From positions 183,933-247,932 of IMG/VR virus record IMGVR_UViG_3300031951_021456: a stretch of DNA of 64,000 nt; one strand, 5' to 3'. Both the position numbers and the translations under genes were made by a program. The notes under the pieces were generated by a model that saw only the letters and a list, made by a program, of their open reading frames with translations, was not told the DNA's origin and did not search any database. Below are positions 27,295 to 36,729 of the stretch, one piece after another (positions within the stretch are counted from its first letter, which is position 1; the number at the start of each line of letters is the position of its first letter).

Positions 27295-27773
27295 AAATCT
27301 CGAGGTCACATAGACGCTTTGCACTTTGTTTAGAAGATCAAACTGCTCTAGAATATCCTGAGGATTTTTTAGGACCTAATTGGAAGGATGTACTGAACTT
27401 CTGGATTTATTTGGATACTTTAAGTGAGGAACAGATAAAAATTGTTATAGAGAGTTTTAATGTAGTATGTCCAGTTGAATATACTGCTTATTATGGTTTC
27501 CTTGTGCATTCTGACTATAATGGTTTTCAAGGTGATGCTATGAATGCTGCTCAAAAAACATCTAATTTTTTTATTGAAGCTTCTGCATCAGCAGTTTGTA
27601 GCTCTTCTATAGCTGTTGCTACAGATACTAATAACCTTTACATAAGCTCTATAGACTATATAAAATCTGGCAACTGGGCTGCAGGTCGTGCAACCTATGA
27701 ACTAATCGGTTCACACTTTCTCCTAGATAACAACAAACCATTAACCTTTTTTCCATTGTTTTTAAATTTGTGA
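27291..27773 (+). CDS. LGPNW-family paralog 5
   Basis: Constant N and C termini; GTG start overlaps the regA TGA. Confidence 0.85.
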   Translation: MKISRSHRRFALCLEDQTALEYPEDFLGPNWKDVLNFWIYLDTLSEEQIKIVIESFNVVCPVEYTAYYGFLVHSDYNGFQGDAMNAAQKTSNFFIEASASAVCSSSIAVATDTNNLYISSIDYIKSGNWAAGRATYELIGSHFLLDNNKPLTFFPLFLNL

Positions 27774-28129
27774 AAATCTCGAGGGCACATAGACGCTTTG
27801 CACTTTCTTTAGAGGATCAAACTGCTCTAGAATACCCTGAACGTTTTCTAGGACCTAATTGGAAGAATGTACTGAACTTCTGGATTTATTTGGATGATTT
27901 AAGTGTTGATAAACTTTCTATAATTTATGCACATTATCATGATTTGAGAGACGTGCATACATTAAGGAGTCTTGCAGTGAAAGCTGCTGTAGATACTATA
28001 GGTGGTGAATATAAAACTGCAGCCTGGTGTGCCACTACTAATTCTATTGGGGTTTTGGCAATTTACGAACTCATTGGCTCACATAATCTTGAGACCTTGG
28101 CATTTCTTCCTTTGTTTATAAATCCATGA
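27770..28129 (+). CDS. LGPNW-family paralog 6
   Basis: Constant N and C termini. Confidence 0.85.
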   Translation: MKISRAHRRFALSLEDQTALEYPERFLGPNWKNVLNFWIYLDDLSVDKLSIIYAHYHDLRDVHTLRSLAVKAAVDTIGGEYKTAAWCATTNSIGVLAIYELIGSHNLETLAFLPLFINP

Positions 28130-28563
28130 AAATCTCTAAAACCCATCAACGATTTGCAGACCGTTTAAGAAACCAAAGAGCCTTAGAACATCTAGAAGAG
28201 TTTCTAGGACCTAATTGGAAGGATGTCTTGAACTTTTGGCTTTATTTGGATACTTTAAGTTATGATCAGTGGAAGAGTATTATTGATGCTTATTGTTCTT
28301 TAAGTCACAATGAACGCCAGCTTGCTCGTCGGGCTTCCTGTGTTGCTGCCCGAGCTGTTGCTGCTAGTTATGCTGCTGGTGATGCTGGTTTTTATGCTGC
28401 TGGTGATGCTGGTTTTTATGCTGCTGGTGATGCTGGTTTTTATGCTGCTGGTGATGCTGGTTTTTATGTTGCTGGTTATGCAACTTATGAACTAATGGGT
28501 TCACACATACTTAAATCTCAAGGTAAATCTTTAGTCTCTCTTCCACTGTTTTTAAATGTATGA
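28126..28563 (+). CDS. LGPNW-family paralog 7 with (YAAGDAGF)x4
   Basis: Constant termini with a tandem repeat in the variable core. Confidence 0.85.
   Translation: MKISKTHQRFADRLRNQRALEHLEEFLGPNWKDVLNFWLYLDTLSYDQWKSIIDAYCSLSHNERQLARRASCVAARAVAASYAAGDAGFYAAGDAGFYAAGDAGFYAAGDAGFYVAGYATYELMGSHILKSQGKSLVSLPLFLNV
28369..28481 (+). repeat. 24-bp coding tandem repeat, 4 perfect copies plus a partial one
   Basis: TATGCTGCTGGTGATGCTGGTTTT at 28369, 28393, 28417, 28441. Confidence 0.95.
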
Positions 28564-28979
28564 AAATCTCTAATACACACAAAGAATTTGCTGACCTCTT
28601 GAATAACCCAAGAGCCTTAGAATATCCTGAGGATTTTTTAGGCCCTAATTGGAAGGATGTCTTGAACTTCTGGATTTATTTGGATACTTTAAGTGATGAT
28701 CAGTGGAGTATTATTGAATCTCTCCACGTAGAACTTGGTTACCCTAAATGGAATGAAGGTAATTTAAATGGAAGACAAGAATATTGGCATGTAGTTGCAA
28801 ATAGTGCTTACAAAACAATTAGAGAATATGCAGGCTATGCTGCTCTTGCAGCATCTGGTGATTATCATTGGACGGCTGCTTCTGATGCAACTTATGAACT
28901 TATCGGTTCTCATAAACTTAAAGAACAAGGAAAACCCCTAACCTTTCTCCCACTTTTTAATTATCAACCATCTCTTTAA
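28560..28979 (+). CDS. LGPNW-family paralog 8
   Basis: Constant N and C termini. Confidence 0.85.
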   Translation: MKISNTHKEFADLLNNPRALEYPEDFLGPNWKDVLNFWIYLDTLSDDQWSIIESLHVELGYPKWNEGNLNGRQEYWHVVANSAYKTIREYAGYAALAASGDYHWTAASDATYELIGSHKLKEQGKPLTFLPLFNYQPSL

Positions 28980-28989
28980 CAATTAAACC

Positions 28990-29445
28990 ATGGAAAACCA
29001 ACTTACACAATCAAAATGTTTTACTGAATTTTCAAAAGCATTGAATAACCCAAGAGTTTTAGAAGCTCCAGAAGAGTTTTTAGGTGATAATTGGAAAAGT
29101 ATTTTACAATTTTGGAACTATTTGGATAGTTTAAGTGATAATGATTTGGAAAATATTGCAGAAAGATTTTTAAATTTACCTAAATTTTCTAAAACTTTCT
29201 CCTTTAAATTGTGCTTTGATGATAATCTTTTAGAAGCTCTTACAGGTCTTTGTTGTGAAACTTTAATGTTAATTAAACTTTGCTCTATACCATGTTATAT
29301 AAAATTAAGTCATCATGTAAATACTGTTATATCTTTAGCTTTGTGTGAATTGTTAGTTAAGAATAAACTAAATGATTCATCTCTAGAAACAGAACCTTCA
29401 ACATTCTTACCACTATTTGATTTTGACCCACAGACCAATACATGA
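28990..29445 (+). CDS. LGPNW-family paralog 9 (divergent)
   Basis: PEEFLGDNWKSILQFWNYLDSL...ELL...FLPLF. Confidence 0.8.
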   Translation: MENQLTQSKCFTEFSKALNNPRVLEAPEEFLGDNWKSILQFWNYLDSLSDNDLENIAERFLNLPKFSKTFSFKLCFDDNLLEALTGLCCETLMLIKLCSIPCYIKLSHHVNTVISLALCELLVKNKLNDSSLETEPSTFLPLFDFDPQTNT

Positions 29446-29490
29446 ACTGTCACAAAAAGTATTGCTAATAGAACTTTATAATGCTATAGT
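29433..29490 (+). promoter_or_regulatory. Dyad-motif promoter (-10 TATAGT)
   Basis: AACTGTCAC 31 bp before the -10 box. Confidence 0.6.
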
Positions 29491-29520
29491 ATTTCTATCT
29501 TAGCCCCTTGGTAAAGTAAA

Positions 29521-29802
29521 ATGACAGAAGATGAAAAACTAATTGAAGAGTATTCTAAAGAAGTATTTGGTGTAGGTTCAACATTTAAAGTAACAATAAA
29601 AAACCTTATTGAACATTCTCGCAATTATAGAAAAGAAAAGGGCGCAGAACACAAAATCCTCAAAGATGCTAGAAAAGCTGGATATGAGCAAGGTTATCAA
29701 TGGGGAATAAAACGAGCAGAAGAATCAACCATTACTCTAGAAGAATTACGCAAAATGACTGTTCAAGAATTAGTAAATTTCATTGGAGATGAAAACGATT
29801 AA
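29521..29802 (+). CDS. Hypothetical protein
   Basis: 93-aa ORF after a promoter. Confidence 0.7.
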   Translation: MTEDEKLIEEYSKEVFGVGSTFKVTIKNLIEHSRNYRKEKGAEHKILKDARKAGYEQGYQWGIKRAEESTITLEELRKMTVQELVNFIGDEND

Positions 29803-29825
29803 ATTCAAAGTACGGCTTTCCACAC

Positions 29826-29916
29826 TTGAACATTTTCTCAAAATCCGCTAAATATGGTTTGTGGGATGCCAAATGGGTCCTACACTAAAAACACTCGCTT
29901 TTAAAGGAGAATTAAA
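29826..29916 (+). promoter_or_regulatory. hsp20 promoter and structured leader
   Basis: TTGAAC-17-TAAATA; hairpin GTGGGA..TCCTAC (29861-29883); CTCGCTTT/AAAGGAG pairing over the Shine-Dalgarno site. Confidence 0.55.
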
Positions 29917-30327
29917 ATGCAATTAGCACATAGTTTTTTTGATGATCTATACAAGGGTTCAATCGCTCTTGATGGTTTCTTTGACCGAGTTTATCCGATC
30001 TCTGAAACTTACAATTCATATCCGACAGAGGATGTCATTCAAGAAACTGATTCTAGGCTCAGAGTTGAACTTGCCCTTGCAGGTTTTGACCGTTCAGAGA
30101 TTAAAGTTTATACAGAAAATGGTAAACTTTATGTTGAAGGAACACTACAATCAAAACCAGATGAAAAATATCTTGTGAGAAACATCGCCCAAAGAAATTT
30201 TCGTTGGGGTAGAGTTCTTCAAGAACAGTTGCAGGTTGATTCAGTTTCCTTTGTTAATGGAATCTTGAAAATCACACTAAACCGTCACACCCCAGAACAC
30301 GAACTGCGAAAGGAATATTCATTCTAG
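29917..30327 (+). CDS. hsp20: Small heat-shock protein Hsp20
   Basis: ELALAGF, YLVRNIAQRNF, SFVNGILKITL; AAGGAG ribosome-binding site. Confidence 0.92.
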   Translation: MQLAHSFFDDLYKGSIALDGFFDRVYPISETYNSYPTEDVIQETDSRLRVELALAGFDRSEIKVYTENGKLYVEGTLQSKPDEKYLVRNIAQRNFRWGRVLQEQLQVDSVSFVNGILKITLNRHTPEHELRKEYSF

Positions 30328-30340
30328 TAAGTGTCTAAGT

Positions 30341-30380
30341 AGAGCAGGAATTTTAAAACTTCTTAAATTTCCTGCTCTTA
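30341..30380 (+). terminator. Hairpin after hsp20
   Basis: AGAGCAGGAA...TTCCTGCTCT stem. Confidence 0.6.
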
Positions 30381-30405
30381 ATAATCCATTGTAAAATATA
30401 TAAAA

Positions 30406-30669
30406 ATGAAAGAAGATAGTTCAGTTTTTTTAGTAGTTCTTGTGGATAATGTAAAACTTATTTCAGGAATTGAGTTTACAAAAAACGAAATTGGTAAAGA
30501 CGAGGTTATTCTAAATAAACCATTTGTGCTTGAAGGATCTAGTTTAATGCCATATCTTTATGCATATACAAATCAAAAAATGTTTTATGTTTCACCAACA
30601 AAAATTATAACTTTAGCTACACCAAAACAAGAAATTTTAGATAATTACATTAAGCTAGTGAGCGAATGA
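30406..30669 (+). CDS. Conserved cyanophage hypothetical protein before gp43
   Basis: 87 aa; usual hsp20-ORF-gp43 synteny. Confidence 0.7.
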   Translation: MKEDSSVFLVVLVDNVKLISGIEFTKNEIGKDEVILNKPFVLEGSSLMPYLYAYTNQKMFYVSPTKIITLATPKQEILDNYIKLVSE

Positions 30670-33164
30670 GATTTTATACGAATGTCAAACAGATTGGAAA
30701 TAACATATATGTCAGAGGATATGAAGACAATAAATCATTTGTTGACCGAATTGATTATCAACCAACACTCTTTCTAAGAACTAAAGAAAAGACAAAATAC
30801 AAGACTCTACAAGGTGAATGTCTTAAACCAATCAATCCTGGAACTATCTGGGAAACTAGACAATTCATTGAACGCTACAAAGGCGTAGATAATTTTGAAA
30901 TTTTTGGTGACATTTCACCAGTCAATCAATATATCTCTGACAATTATCCAGAAGAAAACATTGAGTTTGACATCAATAAAATCAAAATCTATATCATTGA
31001 CATTGAGACTACCTCAACCTATGGATTCCCAAATGTTGAAGAAGTAAGAGAAGAAGTGCTTCTGATTACTATTCAAGATTTTGAATCAAAGAAAACATAT
31101 ACTTGGGGAACCCGACCTTTTTCTGAGAAAGTAGAAGGCAATGTTTATTGTGAATGTAAAGATGAATATGAGCTTTTTCAGAAATTTATTGAGTTCTGGG
31201 AATCTGATTATCCTGAAATTGTTTCTGGTTTTAACTGTGAGTTTTTTGACATTCCTTATCTTGTTCGTAGAATATCTCGGGTTTTATCTGAAGCTGATGC
31301 TAAAAGACTTTCAATTTGGAAATCTATCAGAGAGAGAAAAGTAAAGGTAGAAAAAACTAATAGAGAAGAATATGTTTATGATCTTGCAGGGATCGCATGT
31401 CTTGACTTTCTTGCTCTTTTTAAGAAGTTCAGTGGTAAAAAACTAGAAAACAATAGACTAGAAACCGTAGCTCAAGAAATTTTAGGAGAAACTAAACTAG
31501 ATCACTCTCAATATGAAACCTTTTCCGATTTTTATACTCAAGATTTTAATACCTTTACTCGCTATAACATTATAGACTGTGAGTTAATCAGTAAGCTGGA
31601 AGATAGCCTAGGTCTTATTGGACTTGCTATTGCAATGGCATTTGATACAAGAGTTAATTTTGACGATGTATTCTTTCAAAGCCGAATGTGGGATTCAATC
31701 ATTTATAATTTCCTTAAGAGAGAAAATATCTGCATCCCACAAAGAAAAGAAGTCACTTTAAAAACTGAAAAATTTAAAGGAGCATATGTAAAAGAAACAC
31801 AAGTTGGAAAGTTTAATTATGTTGTAACATACGACGTTCACTCCCTATATCCATCTATTATTCGTACATTTAATATTAGTCCAGAAACTCTAGTTCCAAA
31901 AAGAAATTCAGAAGTTTCGGTTGATACAATTCTTAATGAGACTTTTAGTAATACTACAGAATTTAGTGTATGTGCTAACGGCTCAATGTATTCAAAATCT
32001 TTTCAGGGATTTTTGCCAACATTGATGGAGAAGCTCTATAAAGATAGAACAGTTTATAAAAAAATGATGCTTGCGGCGAAAGCGGAATATGAAAAAAATC
32101 CAAATCCAGAAATAAAGAAAAAGATTACTGTTTATAATAACTATCAGAATGTTAAAAAGACTGTTCTAAATTCAGCTTTTGGTACCCTTGGGTGTGAATA
32201 TTTTCGTTATTATGATTTAAGAAACGCAGAAGCAATTACATATACTGGACAAGCCGTCATTAAATTGTTAGAGAAAAAGATGAATGCTTTTCTCAATAAG
32301 ATTGCGGGAACTGAAACTTTTGACTTTGCAATTGCAATGGACACAGATTCAATTATGATTAACTTTGAACCAATAATTGAACGTATTTTTAGTAATAAGA
32401 ATGTTGAGATGTCCAAAGTCATTGATTTTATGGATAAAGTATGTGCAACAAAGGTTCAAGAGTGTATTGATCAATCATTCAGAGAAATTTGTGACACTTT
32501 AGGGGCTTATGAACTTCAACTAAGTATGAAGAGAGAGAAGCTTTGTTCATCTGGTCTCTGGGTTGCCAAGAAAAACTACATTATGAATGTGTGGGATAAT
32601 GAAGGTATAAGATACTCTGAACCAGAAGTCATAATTTCGGGTATTTCAGCAATTAAATCTTCAACTCCAGCATATTGTAGAACAAAAATCAGAGAAGCAA
32701 TCAATATCATTCTTAATGGCACAAATAAAGACATTATTAACTTTATAGGAAACTGCAAGAAAGAGTTCTTCAAACTTACGCCAGAAGAGGTATCATCTCC
32801 TAAAAGTGTCAGTAATGTTAATAAGTATGCTGAAGGTAAGTCATCATATAAATCAGGAACACCAATACAATCAAGAGCTTCACTGATTTACAATCGCTAT
32901 ATAAGAGAACAGAACCTTGAAATGAAATATCCAATCATCAAAGATGGAGAAAAGATAAAGTTCTGTTATCTCAAAATGCCTAATCCAATCAATGAAAATG
33001 TCATTGCATTCATTCAAAGATTTCCAACCGAATTTGGACTTGAAAGCTTTGTTGATTATAATTTGCAATTTGAAAAGACTTTCATCTCACCTTTGAAAGC
33101 TATTTTAGATGTTATTGGTTGGACAACAAAAAAAACAAACACACTAGACTCTTTATTTGGATAA
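30666..33164 (+). CDS. gp43: B-family DNA polymerase gp43
   Basis: DIET, FNCEFFDIPY, YDVHSLYPS, KKTVLNSAFG, MDTDS; no intein-sized insertion. Confidence 0.98.
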   Translation: MRFYTNVKQIGNNIYVRGYEDNKSFVDRIDYQPTLFLRTKEKTKYKTLQGECLKPINPGTIWETRQFIERYKGVDNFEIFGDISPVNQYISDNYPEENIEFDINKIKIYIIDIETTSTYGFPNVEEVREEVLLITIQDFESKKTYTWGTRPFSEKVEGNVYCECKDEYELFQKFIEFWESDYPEIVSGFNCEFFDIPYLVRRISRVLSEADAKRLSIWKSIRERKVKVEKTNREEYVYDLAGIACLDFLALFKKFSGKKLENNRLETVAQEILGETKLDHSQYETFSDFYTQDFNTFTRYNIIDCELISKLEDSLGLIGLAIAMAFDTRVNFDDVFFQSRMWDSIIYNFLKRENICIPQRKEVTLKTEKFKGAYVKETQVGKFNYVVTYDVHSLYPSIIRTFNISPETLVPKRNSEVSVDTILNETFSNTTEFSVCANGSMYSKSFQGFLPTLMEKLYKDRTVYKKMMLAAKAEYEKNPNPEIKKKITVYNNYQNVKKTVLNSAFGTLGCEYFRYYDLRNAEAITYTGQAVIKLLEKKMNAFLNKIAGTETFDFAIAMDTDSIMINFEPIIERIFSNKNVEMSKVIDFMDKVCATKVQECIDQSFREICDTLGAYELQLSMKREKLCSSGLWVAKKNYIMNVWDNEGIRYSEPEVIISGISAIKSSTPAYCRTKIREAINIILNGTNKDIINFIGNCKKEFFKLTPEEVSSPKSVSNVNKYAEGKSSYKSGTPIQSRASLIYNRYIREQNLEMKYPIIKDGEKIKFCYLKMPNPINENVIAFIQRFPTEFGLESFVDYNLQFEKTFISPLKAILDVIGWTTKKTNTLDSLFG

Positions 33165-33165
33165 T

Positions 33166-34206
33166 ATGGACGATTTTTTAAAGGACTTAATTAAAGAAGT
33201 TGGAGGAGAATACACAAAGCTTGCTTCTAAAATTGAACAGACTGAGACATATGTTGATACAGGTTCTTATGTCTTAAATGCTCTAGTTTCTGGTAGTATT
33301 TTTGGTGGAATTTCACAGCAAAGAATTACTGGATTGGCTGCAGATGAATCTTGCGGAAAAACATTCATAGCTCTTACTGTTGTGAAAAATTTTCTTGATG
33401 TAAATGAGAATGGAGTATGTCTATATTTTGATACTGAAAAAGCAATTGATCCTTTACTTTTAGCTCAAAAAAATATTGATCCAAATAGAATTATTATTAG
33501 TAATGTTGTAACTATTGAGGAATTTCGCTCTAGGGCTCTTAAGGCTGTTGATTCTTATTTAAAAAAGCCAGAATCTGAACGAAGACCTCTTTTTATTGTA
33601 CTAGATTCTCTTGGAATGCTTTCAACCAATAAAGAAATTTCTGATGCCTTAGAAAGTAAAGATACTAGGGATATGACCAAAGCACAATTGGCAAAGGGTG
33701 CTTTCAGAATGCTTACTTTAAAACTTGGAGAAGCTAAGATTCCTATGATTGTGAATAATCACCTTTATAGTTCTATGTCAATGTATTCACCTAAAGATAT
33801 GTCTTCGGGTTCAGGTCTCAAGTTCGCTGCCTCTACAATTCTTTACATTTCTAAATCTAAAGAAAAAGAAGGAACTGAAGTTGTTGGTGTTATTCTAAAA
33901 TTTAAGACTATCAAATCCCGAATATCAAGAGAAAATCGTGAAGTTGAAGTAAGATTATTCTATGATGAAAGAGGTCTTGATCGCCATTATGGACTTTTAC
34001 CTCTTGCTGTAGAAGGTGGAGTCATTGAAAGAACTGGAAATCGTTATGTCTTTGGAGAAAACAAATTCTTTGAAAAAGAAATTATGAAAGACCCAGAAAG
34101 ATTCTTTACACAAGATGTTCTAGAGAAAATTGATGCCTATGCTAAAACCAAATTCAATTATGGTTCAGCTATTGGAGTAATTGAAGAGGAAGAAAACGAC
34201 GAGTGA
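33166..34206 (+). CDS. uvsX: RecA-like recombinase UvsX
   Basis: DTGSYVLNAL, ADESCGKT, LDSLGML, NNHLY, SSGSGLKFAAS. Confidence 0.95.
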   Translation: MDDFLKDLIKEVGGEYTKLASKIEQTETYVDTGSYVLNALVSGSIFGGISQQRITGLAADESCGKTFIALTVVKNFLDVNENGVCLYFDTEKAIDPLLLAQKNIDPNRIIISNVVTIEEFRSRALKAVDSYLKKPESERRPLFIVLDSLGMLSTNKEISDALESKDTRDMTKAQLAKGAFRMLTLKLGEAKIPMIVNNHLYSSMSMYSPKDMSSGSGLKFAASTILYISKSKEKEGTEVVGVILKFKTIKSRISRENREVEVRLFYDERGLDRHYGLLPLAVEGGVIERTGNRYVFGENKFFEKEIMKDPERFFTQDVLEKIDAYAKTKFNYGSAIGVIEEEENDE

Positions 34207-35579
34207 TAATGGAAACAACTGAAGCACTGATTTTAAGAAATTTAATATACAATGAAGACTTTGCAAGAAAATCTTTACCATTCATAAGAACTGAATATTT
34301 CATTGATAGCCTTCAAGGAATTTTATATGATGAGATTTCATCTTTTATCACTGAATATAATTCCCTTCCAACAAAAGAAGCTCTCCATATTGAACTAGAA
34401 AAAAGAACAGATCTAAATGAGCAATCCTTCCCAAAGGTCATGTCATTTCTTTCTGATCTTTCAGAAGAACCAGCAGACAATGAATGGCTTTTAAATACCA
34501 CTGAACAATGGTGTAAAGATAGAGCAGTTTATCTTGCAATTAGACAATGTATTCTTATTGCGGATGGGAATGATACAAAACTTTCAAAGGAATCAATACC
34601 TTCAATCCTTAGTGATGCTCTTGCTGTAAGTTTTGATAGTCATGTTGGTCATGATTATATTGAAGATGCTGAAAGCCGCTATGAGTCTTATACTCTTAAA
34701 GAAGAAAAGCTTCCATTTGATTTGAATTATTTTAATAAGATTACAGATGGTGGATTGTCTCCTAAGACTCTTACAGTTCTTCTTGCATCTACTGGTGCTG
34801 GTAAAAGTCTTGCGATGTGCCATTTTGCAAGTTCATATTTGTCTCAAGGAAAAAATGTACTTTACATTACACTTGAGATGTCTGAAGAGAAAATTGCTCA
34901 AAGAATTGATGCAAATCTTTTAGATATAAAAATTCAAGATTTTTCAAAAATTTCAAAATCTGATTTTGAAACAAAAATTAAACGATTATCATCTAAAACT
35001 CATGGAAAATTAATCATTAAAGAATATCCACCAGTATCTGCACATTCTGGACATTTTAAGGCTTTTATAAATGAACTCAAACTAAAAAAATCTTTTACTC
35101 CTGATTTGATTTTTGTTGACTATTTAAATATATGTGCCTCTAGTAGACTCAAAAATAATGGACAACACAATAGCTATACCACTGTAAAGTCCATTGCAGA
35201 AGAGATTCGTTCAATAGCTGTTGAGTATAATGTTCCTATAATTAGTGCAACTCAAACGGTTAGATCTTCAATTTCTAGTTCAGATTTAAATCTTGCAGAT
35301 ACATCTGAAAGCATTGGGATTACTCATACTGTTGATTATATGTTCGGTCTTATTTCAACTGAAGAATTAGAAAGCATTAATCAAATTATGGTTAAACAAC
35401 TAAAGAACCGATATGGCGCTTTAGATCCTTATAGGAGGTTTACAGTTGGCATAGATAGAGCGAAGATGAGACTTTATGACGTAGAGCAAGAAGCACAAGA
35501 ATCAATCATTCAAGAGAGTGATCTACAGCAAAAACCAAAAGACCTTAAGTCCAAATTTCAAACTTTTAATTTTGAATAA
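34203..35579 (+). CDS. gp41: Replicative helicase gp41
   Basis: ASTGAGKS, YITLEM, FVDYLN, SATQT, QLKNRYG. Confidence 0.96.
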   Translation: MIMETTEALILRNLIYNEDFARKSLPFIRTEYFIDSLQGILYDEISSFITEYNSLPTKEALHIELEKRTDLNEQSFPKVMSFLSDLSEEPADNEWLLNTTEQWCKDRAVYLAIRQCILIADGNDTKLSKESIPSILSDALAVSFDSHVGHDYIEDAESRYESYTLKEEKLPFDLNYFNKITDGGLSPKTLTVLLASTGAGKSLAMCHFASSYLSQGKNVLYITLEMSEEKIAQRIDANLLDIKIQDFSKISKSDFETKIKRLSSKTHGKLIIKEYPPVSAHSGHFKAFINELKLKKSFTPDLIFVDYLNICASSRLKNNGQHNSYTTVKSIAEEIRSIAVEYNVPIISATQTVRSSISSSDLNLADTSESIGITHTVDYMFGLISTEELESINQIMVKQLKNRYGALDPYRRFTVGIDRAKMRLYDVEQEAQESIIQESDLQQKPKDLKSKFQTFNFE

Positions 35580-35580
35580 A

Positions 35581-35955
35581 ATGACCACAATTACAGATAC
35601 TAGCCAAAAAGATAGATTAGAAGAATTATTAAATCATGCTAGAAGACAATTAGAGCATAATGATAAAATTGAAACCGAACGACAAAAACGGATACCTCGT
35701 TTTCCTGACGAAAAAACTACAAAGCAAAAAGAACAAGAATATCTTGAGAAACTAAAATTAAATCCAGATTTAGAAATACCAGAAGAATTGTTATACACTA
35801 CAATGACTGGAATGAATATTCAGCTTGAGAATAGTGTTGAAGAATATCCGACTCTTAAATACTCATGCCTCAGATTAATTCCTCATACACAAATAAAGCA
35901 GATAAAATTTTATCCAGAAAGTGAAATGTTTTTAATAAAAAAGTTCAACAAGTAG
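35581..35955 (+). CDS. Hypothetical protein, tandem paralog A
   Basis: EQEYLEKLKLNPDLEIP...TTMTG; start moved from 35518. Confidence 0.7.
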   Translation: MTTITDTSQKDRLEELLNHARRQLEHNDKIETERQKRIPRFPDEKTTKQKEQEYLEKLKLNPDLEIPEELLYTTMTGMNIQLENSVEEYPTLKYSCLRLIPHTQIKQIKFYPESEMFLIKKFNK

Positions 35956-35961
35956 AATAAA

Positions 35962-36294
35962 ATGTTTACTATTTCAGACCAAATCCGGCAACAAATTCTT
36001 GAAGTTTTTGATAAAAATGAAGAGATCGTATCATATTACGATCTCGGTAAATCTTCAAGAGAATCAGAAAAAGAATATCTTGAAGCAAAGAAAACTAATC
36101 CAGATCTTGAATTGCCATCTGCATTAAAATTTACAACCATTACTGGAATTGAAAATCAAATTGAATCTTGTAATGTGAATCCTGATAAGGATAATGTTGA
36201 TAGATTTCATGGGTTTTATTTACGGCAACAGCCAAAAGACAATAATGGCACTTTAAGGTTTAGTATAGAAAAATTCCTAATAACCAAAGTCTAA
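35962..36294 (+). CDS. Hypothetical protein, tandem paralog B
   Basis: EKEYLEAKKTNPDLELP...TTITG. Confidence 0.7.
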   Translation: MFTISDQIRQQILEVFDKNEEIVSYYDLGKSSRESEKEYLEAKKTNPDLELPSALKFTTITGIENQIESCNVNPDKDNVDRFHGFYLRQQPKDNNGTLRFSIEKFLITKV

Positions 36295-36318
36295 TAACAA
36301 ACAGCTAAACTAATAAAA

Positions 36319-36729
36319 ATGACACAACAAATTACAACAACTGAATACGCAGAATTTGTCGCCAAAGTGACTTCAAAACCCTCCACAGATTTGAATGTTC
36401 TTATTGCCCGTTTGCAAGAACTACAAGACCTTGGGGCAAATGTTCCTCAACTCATTACGGCATCTCATGGTATTAGTGCTGAAGCTGGTGAGTTTACTGA
36501 CATCGTAAAGAAAATTTTATGGCAATCTAAACCATACAACGAAGAAAACATCCTTAAATTGAAGAAAGAATTGGGAGATGTATTATTTTACGTTCAAATG
36601 GCTTGTACTGCATTGGGTGTAACAATTGATGAAGTTCTTCAAATGAATTTTGAAAAACTTTCTGCTCGTTATCCTGAAGGTACATTTAATGTAAACCGCT
36701 CAGAAAACCGTAAAGAGGGAGATTTATGA
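36319..36729 (+). CDS. mazG: MazG-like nucleoside triphosphate pyrophosphohydrolase
   Basis: GISAEAGEFTDIVKK...KKELGDVLFY...NFEKLSARYP. Confidence 0.92.
   Translation: MTQQITTTEYAEFVAKVTSKPSTDLNVLIARLQELQDLGANVPQLITASHGISAEAGEFTDIVKKILWQSKPYNEENILKLKKELGDVLFYVQMACTALGVTIDEVLQMNFEKLSARYPEGTFNVNRSENRKEGDL

Noticed and set aside
23493-29445. Diversity-generating retroelement as the source of paralog variation
   Set aside because: No reverse transcriptase or non-coding template repeat is visible, and the differences are indels and all-base substitutions rather than adenine-specific changes.
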